A program made the translations under genes and the position numbers. The notes below the pieces were generated by a model. The model worked only from the letters and a program-made list of their open reading frames with translations, did no database searches and had not been told where the DNA came from. This document shows, piece after piece, positions 51,923 through 60,942 of a stretch of 60,942 bases of DNA. The DNA is from Blastocystis sp. subtype 4. Taxonomy: Eukaryota. The stretch covers positions 1 to 60,942 of the forward strand of contig NW_014569520.1 of the NCBI RefSeq assembly GCF_000743755.1. Reading direction: 5' to 3'. Each line of letters starts with the position of its first letter. Within the stretch, counting starts at the first letter, position 1.

Positions 51923-54348
51923 TCACTCCTTGTAGATGCAGGACAGGAATGCCTCTTCAGAGATCTCACTTCCTAGAATCGCCACAGAAGATTCAATCAC
52001 GCCACTGATGGAGATATCAAATGGTTTACTAGTGACAACATCATCCTAATGTTATCAGTGATCCCCCATTCCATACCTTGAGTTCAAGAAGAGGTTGCAT
52101 AAAGACAGCTCGAGGCTTCTTCTTCTCCAATACAATTGAACGATATTGTAAGAACTGATCATCTACATTGGTATACTGATTGAAGAATTGTGATCCATTC
52201 TCATAATCTGCAGTACTCTTATACAACTGTAACTTCTTCAAGAACTCAGCAATAGCAGGTCGACCTTGCGATATGATCTTAGTACGATCAACATGGATAT
52301 GGAAATCATTCATCTATTAATCATAAATTTACTATAACAAGACGTGATGATCAGAATCATAAAATGGTTCAATTGAAACAAGTCCATCAGTATTTCTCAG
52401 TAATACTTGCAAATAGACATGACGAGCACAACAATGAGATTGTGTCCATGTCTTATGAGTTCCATTATATGCTTGAAGAGAAATAAGAGACATATGTAAC
52501 TGATGTAACCAGTTGAGATACATCATCTCCTCTGCCTTCTCATCATCATATCCAAAAATATGAAGAACTTCAGGGAAGGTTGCTATAGATCACTCAAGAA
52601 CTGAATACTTACATAAATACAATCCTACGCATTCAGCACGACATTCTTCATATGTGTTTGCTAAGACATTGAAGATTCCACTCCATGTTTCACCAGGTTT
52701 GTACCATGATTGAATACACTCACCATTATCGGGAAGTTTCATAGATGGATCGAAGTTATAACTCTTGGATCCATCAGGATTCATAGTCTCACAGAACAAC
52801 AAACCACTTCCATGACCTAATAATTCATGGAGTCCAACTTGAACAGAGAAAGCCTCATTTTCACGAAGGAAGAGAGTCTGATCCTCGTCTGAAATGAATG
52901 AAACCTTATCAGAACTGGCTTTCTTTCCATTGATAATATTACCAAGTGAAACATTCTTAAATCCAATATGTTCACGTACTGTATCATAATTCGGAATATT
53001 TATACCAGCTGGAATACCAGAACCAAAATATCCCACAATGTCAATACTTGTAAAATCAGGTTGGTGGAAGACTGGCTATATGTTAGTAATTCAAACTGAA
53101 AACACCTTTTCAAATGCAGATCCCCAAGGTAGCAACGAAAGTAATTTGGGAGCTTGATTTACAAGTTCTGTGAGAATCTGTGTGTAGTGTTTGTTCATGA
53201 TTGCGACAAACCCTTCCCATTCTCCACGTACTCCATATGGATCACGATAATTCTCAATGAATCCGAGATAATTCTCAACCACTGGTTTACGATCCTGTGT
53301 CCATAGAGCCGAACCATCGATGTGTGCTTGAAGAGATCCTGTCTCCAATGACTCTATGTACTTCTCAAGATACTGCACTTCCAGATCATTCGAAGCATAT
53401 GATTGAGCAAGACGGAGATAACTGATGACTTTATCGAGAATAGGAGCATAATCTCCACTGGTAATCTGAAGTTGAAATTCGCACTTACAAATACATGAAT
53501 CTGGCGACCATGATATTCAACTGTCTTTTCATTAGCATGGTTCACAGATGCCATTCGAATCTCGTAACTCCCATCCGTATGCTTAAAGAGTCGATTGTTG
53601 TAACTTTGCAGATTCTCACCATCGAGATAACTATTGTAAAAAAATATACACTGTTCATACTCCTGAACAAATTTGACTTCATTTTGAGTCATATTTTTGC
53701 TGTAATAGGTATTGACACCGCTCTTCTCCATTCCTAAACGGAGGACAGAAGGATCGCATGAAAACACACTATCACAACAATTAGACCATAGTGAGTCAAT
53801 TTCTCTCTTTTCATTTTCATAGGCCACGGTATTCTTCAAGATCGTTTCAAATTCTTGCTTGGACAGACGAGGAAGAATCTTAGTATCTCCAAAACCACTA
53901 CATATAATTAACACTAGTAAACATACCGATAGTTTCCCATGTTACCGAACACATTGTACACATAGATCAGAAATGCATCAATAGCTTCACCACTAATCTA
54001 GAAATGAAGACGTTGATATCTAAGCAACAATCGAGTTTTCCAGTAGACGATGCTTTAACAAATCTCCTGTTTCTTTACGGAATACACGGAGGAATAAAGA
54101 TATGAGATAGGGAGATTCTCTCGATACCTGAACTGCAGTAATCTACAGATTCAAGAAATAACGATGCAACACACTCTCCATCCAGATGCAATAGCCTTGA
54201 ACAAGTAGTAAGTGTACTTCTTTTCCTTTTCTGTCAGTTCATCAAAGGCTTTGGAATACTCCAGAGCCATGACAGTAACTGACTTTTCGCACAGGTACTA
54301 TACATAATCCTTAACGATCACTCATACATCGGATAAGTCAATCGACAT
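51923..54348 (-). CDS. DPP3: Dipeptidyl peptidase III (M49)
   Basis: HELLGH and EECRAE motifs, GFIENYRDPYGVRGEWEGFV, GIPAGINIPNYD. Confidence 0.96.
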
Positions 54349-54355
54349 TTGCTGT

Positions 54356-55633
54356 ATGTCATCAATTACTGAATCTTACATTACTCAATACAAGAGGACC
54401 AACAAAAAGCGAGATCGATATGAATTCAACGAAAAGACAGAGGCCGTTGGAAGTGGTGTTTATGGGTTTTCAGTTCTGGTGAATGATTAATGGACTAGGA
54501 CTGTCTTTATTGCAACAGACCGAGAGACCGGTCAGAGAGTAGCAATCAAAAAGCACAAACAAAAGGATCAGGATGAATTTGGAGTGGTTTTTAATGCAGC
54601 TGAATTAGTTCTAGCTCATGATACCTACCCTTCGTGAATGTCAGATTTTACAGAGTATGAACCATCCTAATATTATCCATGTTACCGACTTTTTTATGAC
54701 AAATTGTTTGGGATTAATGAATCTCTCACTTGTAGTTAGCGACAGTCGAAAAGATTTTCCTGATTTATATATGGTAATGGAGTACATATCCTAAGGAATC
54801 ATGAGACATTGTTCCCTAATGAGAACTGTGAATTCGATCTCTTTCATCTGATTCATCGTAAAAAGGTGAAGTTCAATCAGGAAGAGATTAAATGTATCAT
54901 GTTTCAAGTATTCAACGGATTAAAGTATCTCCATGAACGGAAGGTTCTCCATCGCGATATCAAAGGTGTTTGAGTTCCTTTCCTGTTAGTCATAGATGCG
55001 AATATTCTAATTACCAAATCGGGTCAAGTAAAGATATGTGATTTTGGCTTGGCTCGATTCTATCTGAAGGATGATGGGAACACTCCATACAGTGGAGATA
55101 AGATCACACTTAATTATCGTCCTCCTGAGGTTTTACTCTCTGAAACCTATTATACCTCAAAGATTGATATTTGGAGTGCAGGTGTTGTTTTTGTAAATAT
55201 GATCATGCACTGCTTATATATCAATGGAAGATCTGAGAGAGAGGTACTTGACAGGATCTTTACTCTTTGTGGTTCGCGTAGGCAAGTCTGTCTGGGTTAA
55301 GTTGTAGCTAAGGGTGACGATCTGCACTATCTCCGAACGCTTCCTGGTTTCAATACATACTTCAGTGACAATAAGATCTCGTCTAAGATCTTCACTGGTG
55401 ATTCTAAGCCACGAAGGATAAAGACGGTGTTTCGGGATGCATCCAAAGAGTTGGTCGATGTTCTTGATCGGATTTTTCAATACAATCCATCGAATCGGAT
55501 ATCGGCTGAAGAAGTGCTTCGGATGCCTTACTTTGCTAATGTTGATTTTGATAGTCTAAAGAAGTGTATTTTGATTAAGATTGTCATTTATAGACGTTTT
55601 GAGTTCGCAACAGCTCCTGAAGGAGGTGATTGA
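54356..55633 (+). CDS. Cyclin-dependent kinase (CMGC, transcriptional CDK-like)
   Basis: GSGVYG, VAIKK, MIPTLRE, HRDIK, DFGLAR, TLNYRPPE, DIWSAG. Confidence 0.88.
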
Positions 55634-55677
55634 TAATTTGTTTGTTATTATACAAGGAATATAGAAGTTTATCTTGA

Positions 55678-55748
55678 GCAATAGTAGTCAAGTGGTAAGA
55701 TAGGTCCCTGCCACGGATCAGGCCCGGGTTCGATTCCCGGCTATTGCA
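55678..55748 (+). tRNA. tRNA-Gly(GCC), copy 2
   Basis: Identical to 39090-39160; followed by TTTTT. Confidence 0.95.
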
Positions 55749-55780
55749 TTTTTCTTCCTGAAGATCTATTCAAATAAACA

Positions 55781-57487
55781 ATGGATTTGCCAGTTTCAAC
55801 GAAAACCTGTGCTGTATGTGGAAAAGAGTTTTCGGAGTATGTAATTGCAATTGGAGGGTGTTGCTATCATCCTTCCTGTTTTGTTTGTAGTATATGTAAT
55901 TGCCATCTAGAGGAAAACAAATTTAGTATCAAGAATGTACGTAGGTGTAGTTTGCTCTAATTAGTCAGGGAATACTCTATTGTAAGAAGTGCTATGCAGA
56001 GAAGTTCCGAGAACGGTGTGTAGTTTGTCAGCAATTGATTCTGGACGACTATCACGTAGAAGCGATGGGTCAGTTCTTTCATACTGTATATGTGGATATC
56101 TATGATAATAGAGTAGAACCACTTTGTTTGCTTCGCGTGTAAGCAGCCTTTTTCTGAGAACAGATATTTGAAAAAGGAATTGTATTTTGAACATGAGAAG
56201 AAGTTCTATCCGTTCTGTGGCATGTGCTCAAAGTATATTAAGAAGATTGCCTGTCATTCTTGTGGTTTGATGATTCCTGGATGTGTAATGGAGATATGTG
56301 AAACTGAGATGTAGAGAGGATATGATGGACATAATTGGTATCATGAAGATTGTTTGAAGAAGATTGAAAATGAAATGTCTGTTCGTAACCAGGATGATGT
56401 TGTTTCCAAAGAAAGTACTTGTAAGCAAGAGGGAACTGAAAAGACTGAGATTCCAGCCACGTCGGATGAGCAGCAACGAAAATCCCTAACAGATGAAGAG
56501 AAGAGGCGTCGTGCAAGTGAAGCAAATCGTCGAATGGCACTGGCATGTGATAAGTACAAGAGGAAATCACAAGGAGGTCAGAGTGAAGAATCGAAGGATA
56601 TTCCTGATAGTCATCGTGATAATGAGAAAGATAAAATAATGATGGAAAAAGCAGAGGCAGAAAGAAAAGAGAATGAGAGAAAGGAAGCTGAAAGAAGGGA
56701 AGCTGAAAGGAAAGAAGCTGAAAGAATAGAGGCAGAAAGAAAGGAGGCTGAGAGAAAGGAGAATGAGAGAAGGGAAGCTGAAAGGAAAGAAGCTAAGAGA
56801 ATAGAGGCAGAAAGAAAGGAAGCTGAGAGAAGAGCAGCTGAAAGGAAGGAAGCTGAGAGAAAGGAGGCTCAACGACGGGAAACCGAAAGAATAGAGGCAG
56901 AAAGAAAGGAAGAAGCAAAGAGAGAGGCTCAAAGACGGGAAGCTCAAAGAAAGGAAGCAGCACGGAGAGCAGCAGAATCCCAAAGATCTTGTGTAGTGAT
57001 TAGTGATGAAGAAGATGAAGAACCAGCCATTCTTCCATCAGGAAGAGGTATCACTTCCATTCTTCGTGCTTCTTATGCTCCTATCCATCTAGCCTCTAAT
57101 GCTCCTCGAAACCAAACTACTGCTCGAAGCAGTATTTTTGAATATCCTCAGTATTCTGATTATCGTAAAATGGATGAAGAGAAACAGAATGAAGATACGA
57201 TTAAGGAGGATGTGACTGGTGAAGAGGATGAAGAGATGAAGCGTCATATTGCTTCTCTACCAAATGATCAACTTCCTATCTATTCATATGAAGTCTTGAT
57301 TGTTGTCTTGTCTTCGTAGAATAATAAGTAGAAAACCCCTTACCCAAAAGATGTTGATGCGAGAAGACGAGAGTATCATCTTAGTGATCAAGAGTTCCAG
57401 AGAGTATTTAAAATGTCAAAAGGAAAGTTTGAAACACTTCCAGCGTGGAAAAGAAATCAGCTTCGTAAACAGTATGGATTGTTCTAC
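55781..57487 (+). CDS. abLIM-like protein: LIM domains, charged single alpha-helix, villin headpiece
   Basis: N-terminal LIMs; EAERK repeats; C-terminal REYHLSDQEFQRVFKMSKGKFETLPAWKRNQLRKQYGLF; stop made by poly(A) at 57485. Confidence 0.85.
56651..56975 (+). repeat. 15-nt coding repeat (EAERK/ENERK/EAQRR)
   Basis: Repeated gaagctgaaagaagg / gaggcagaaagaaag units. Confidence 0.85.
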
Positions 57488-57708
57488 TGTGTTTCTTTCC
57501 AATCACAATGACGTGCTTTCTTCTTCATAGGATTCACAAGTAATATGCATTAAAGTGTTGCATCAGTTCTTTATTTTTAAATCGTCACTATATTCACCGA
57601 TAAACAATAAACACAGAAAACAATTTGGTCAATAGTGGTTGTGTTACCACTTATAATAATCAAGAATGCTCACACTACTCCATAGTACACTTTCATATTA
57701 TCTTCAAA

Positions 57709-58630
57709 ATGTCAGGAGTCATAGAAAGAATTAATGACTACATCTTATCTGGGTCGAAGAGCCTAAAAGGTCCCACCATGGCAGCACTGATCTCGTAAAC
57801 ACTATATGGTATTGGTCACAAATAGTGGAGTTCTTCGCGTTATTACTACTGTTGGTATTATGATTGTTCGTCTTGGTAGTAATTCTCATGGGAGCTGTTC
57901 ATATGACGATATTCGTGTATTATCTCATTCTCTATCGTCATTTCTAGAGATTTGATATATCATGTCTCGCTCAGATGTGGACAGAGAGAGATGACAATCA
58001 TGGATGGGACACTGTATTTAATATATTTGATTGCTTTGCTATGATCCTCATGATATGGGTATTTGACGGTATTCGAACAATATGCAAAGATAAGGATATT
58101 GGAAGTCTAATGGTTGGTTGTATGGAACTCGCCACAGTCTTGAATGTCGTGACTACTCTTATTGAGTCAGGACTCTTCAGTATGGCTAAATTCATCGGAT
58201 CCTGGAATGTTGGAGAGTTTTATCCTCAGTAAGAGCATTGATGAGTTGTCATGGTCAGACTGGAAATCGCATATCTGCTCAGTCGGGAAGGTTTCCAGTG
58301 GCTATTCACGATTGATGACTTTATAATGGTTGTTCCCTTCTTCTGGTCCTACAACCTTGCCCGTGAGAATGATGTCTCTCTTGAATACTTCCCTTATATC
58401 TAGAAAGTACCAAATTCCTTTGCTATTGTCAGTCTCGGCCTTGCATTGTGCTCATTCCTCTTCTTCCTCTTTAGCTTGTTCCAAATTGTCAACTTCTTTG
58501 TTGGTATGTTGTACGGTAATATAGGATGGTACCAAATCACATATAGCTATAGTAACTCTGTTATATACTCTTCTGAGATTCGTGTGGCTTTTCCAAGCAT
58601 ACGCCATTTTCAAGAAGATGTAATCCAATA
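57709..58630 (+). CDS. Hypothetical multi-pass membrane protein
   Basis: Spliced hydrophobic exons; TAA at 58628-58630; TGTTTGTT at 58645. Confidence 0.55.
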
Positions 58631-58694
58631 ATCTACAAATACAGTGTTTGTTTCTATTAGATACATTTTTGTGTCTGCAGTTTTTTCGAATGCA

Positions 58695-60185
58695 ATGTTG
58701 CCACGGCTATTGTACTTCATCATAATTGTGAGTTGAGCGTAGAAAGAGTCCACAACAAGTTGCAACCATCTTTCGACGAAATGCCCATATCTATACGTAT
58801 ATCGCTACTAGTAGAGAGAAAGAATTTTCAGCTGCATTGAAAGAGTGTATTGACGACATCAGTACAAGAACACGGAATGGAGTGATTGAATAGGGGGAAA
58901 CTTCTCTGAGACTCCTACTCTAGCTATGTTCTTTTCCTCTCATAAAGAAGTGGAGGAATCACAGTATTCTGCCTTTTATGAACAAAATCAATGGTTGAAG
59001 AGTGGATGTATGGTTCCTTCGATTTCAGAGGATTCAAGTGTTCGTATGTGCATTTCGGGTCTCCTTGTAGAAGGAGGCGATCCTGGAGTGCTTATTTCAA
59101 AGAACTTCTCTCCAGAGTCGTTAGAACACATTCAAAACGAGTCTCTTCCTTGTTTGACTTTGAAACCCTTTACAAGCCCTTTTGCGTTTGATATTGGAAA
59201 GATGAAGGCGCCTTCTGGTCTTTTGGTCAGTCGAAACACTTCGGCTCTTCACGATCCTCTTGTTATTGATTCTTGTTTTTTGGAGGGTAAGAAAGAGTAA
59301 GAGTGGACCTGGTGTCTAACATATAGAGAAAATGGAGTCTGTATTCGATTTAAGAAGGAGGTCTTCAAAGAGCGATTGCTGATGGATGTTATGGGTCAGA
59401 TTCTCTCTCTTGTTCATCCGTATTTATGTTCGTTTAATTTACCTTTCTGGAATATTCTCTTCCCGTACCCTCTTTGTCTTGGTGTAATCCACAGGAATCC
59501 GTTGGTTCCTCAAGTTCTATCGTCTGTTCCATCCGCCAAGCAGTCTTCTCTCCCTCTGCTTCGTGGTCTTGCCTTGGTTTTCCCCATGTCGACTGCGACT
59601 CTTTATGTATACCAACCAAACCATCTCTATATGTTACATAAGCATCTCCATGAAAGTTTCATCGTTACTCCACCGAATCAAAGTCAGTCAGATTTAGGGA
59701 CAATTTGTCATGTTGAGGAAGTTGTGAGTGTTGGTGCTGATGGAGCGTAGGACCCACAAGAAGTTCTAAACCGTAGTGTTCTGTGCAAAGTGCGTGGAGA
59801 TCAAAAAGTCCATGTAACCCAACTGCATCCTGTAATGAGTGAGATGGGATCTGTATTGGGTGATTCATCGATTGCAGAGGATATAGAGGGAGACAGTGTA
59901 TGTGATGAGTCGAGTGGGAGTTGGAAGACAATGCTGCGTGTACGAGAGAAGATTCTCACTCTTTATCACAATCACTCCATGTGTGACGAAGTAATCAAAC
60001 GTTATGGATCCATTCCATATCATCCTCGGTTGTTTAGTTATTGGTAATCGTAATGAATTGAGATAACAGAAAGGCTGAGCGGAGTGTTGATTGCAGAGGG
60101 TTCTGAAAAGGAAAAGTGGTTCTCCATTTCGAGTACTCAGGAACGACTAGAGGCAATAGAACGGACTATAGATAAAATAAAGTGT
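58695..60185 (+). CDS. Lon N-terminal (substrate-binding/PUA-like) domain protein, LONRF-like
   Basis: SLPLL..LVFPMSTATLYVYQPNHLYML..GTICHVEEV..VRGDQKVHV..FSYW..SSTQERL; start uncertain; stop predicted poly(A)-made at 60183. Confidence 0.55.
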
Positions 60186-60207
60186 ATTGTTTGTGAAAAG
60201 ACAAAAT

Positions 60208-60279
60208 TGCGTCAACCGGGAATTGAACCCGGACCTCTACCTTGGAAGGGTAGAATCCTAACCATTAGACCATTGACGC
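60208..60279 (-). tRNA. tRNA-Gly(TCC)
   Basis: GCGTCAATGGTCTAATGGTTAGGATTCTACCCTTCCAAGGTAGAGGTCCGGGTTCAATTCCCGGTTGACGCA. Confidence 0.95.
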
Positions 60280-60346
60280 TTGTTAAAGGTATGACTCTTT
60301 GTACCTATCATGATACATCTTGATTAGAATTATACAGGAATAAACG

Positions 60347-60776
60347 ATGCAAGAAGAAGAATTTGTTGAACTCTTAAACCGATTCCCTGTGATACGACAA
60401 ACGGATTATATTGCAGATACTTGGGTAGATGGAGTGTAGTGTTACTGTTGTAGAATTTGCCTTTAAATCGATCATTAAGTCATGTAGCTACTACAGTAGC
60501 CGATTCGCAAGCGCCATCAGGTTTCTTCTTCTTTCTTGGAATTCTTTGTAGAAGAAACGAATGTAGATCAAGAATTTGATGGAGACTATGCCGATTTCTG
60601 GTCCATATTGCGTTCATATCTTGAGAAGCACTATTCAACATCAGAAGTGAATGAGAAGCACAATCAAATATATTCCGTAAAGTTGTAGTCGCTATATGAG
60701 ACTGTAGAAACTGAAGTCAACGATTCAGAGTTACAACCTTGACGATTTAGACACTTTAGCACAACTTATACAATAA
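60347..60776 (+). CDS. Small hypothetical protein
   Basis: MQEEEFVELLNRFPVIRQTDY..DFWSILRSYL..YNLDDLDTLAQLIQ*, spliced. Confidence 0.6.
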
Positions 60777-60818
60777 AGAATGTTTGTAACAAACAACTAA
60801 TTATAGCAAACCCATAAA

Positions 60819-60942
60819 TTATATACCAAGTAACAATTGACTGTCCTTTCCTCCCGGAAGATATGTGACATTGGGAGCACGAGCCAGAGTATTTGCGATA
60901 TCACGAGCAGCCTACAGAATATGAGAATGACCCAGTTTTGAA
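60819..60942 (-). CDS. PHB1: Prohibitin 1, 3' end
   Basis: AARDIANTLARAPNVTYLPGG..QLLLGI* matches the PHB1 C-terminus. Confidence 0.8.

Noticed and set aside
60084..60323. ORFs reading through antisense tRNAs (also 47803-48195)
   Set aside because: Artefacts of ignoring the poly(A)-made stop or an intron; the translated tRNA portion is not protein-like

Overview
Gene-dense eukaryotic nuclear DNA, almost certainly Blastocystis (a gut stramenopile). This is inferred from ~25-35 nt GT-AG introns, tiny intergenic gaps and a TGTTTGTT-type motif at nearly every 3' end. The window holds about 44 intron-containing or short protein genes (DHHC, Claspin/Mrc1-like, ERD2, Fab1/PIKfyve, SPT4, a DPF/NPF repeat protein, Tel2, PSMD9, GH125, GT49, RPS24, RPS28, dynactin p62, an ABC1 kinase, M14 peptidase, GARP-Myb, SAMHD1-like, MnmA, sirtuin, two LIM proteins, coronin, NDUFAF3, ataxin-10, RPB7, DPP3, CDK, prohibitin and others) and 5 tRNAs. 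Highlights: (1) about 11 genes whose stop codon appears to be completed by poly(A) addition 5 nt upstream of TGTTTGTT or degenerate variants; (2) a ~14-17 bp quasi-palindromic bidirectional 3'-end element shared by seven convergent gene pairs; (3) an unannotated 49-aa Cys/His metallothionein-like gene; (4) an AT-AG U12-type intron in RPB7; (5) a duplicated tRNA-Gly + LIM-gene cassette; (6) divergent start codons only 7 bp apart; (7) an mRNA 3' end that runs antisense across a tRNA. Gene coordinates span introns and were worked out by hand, so some starts are approximate.
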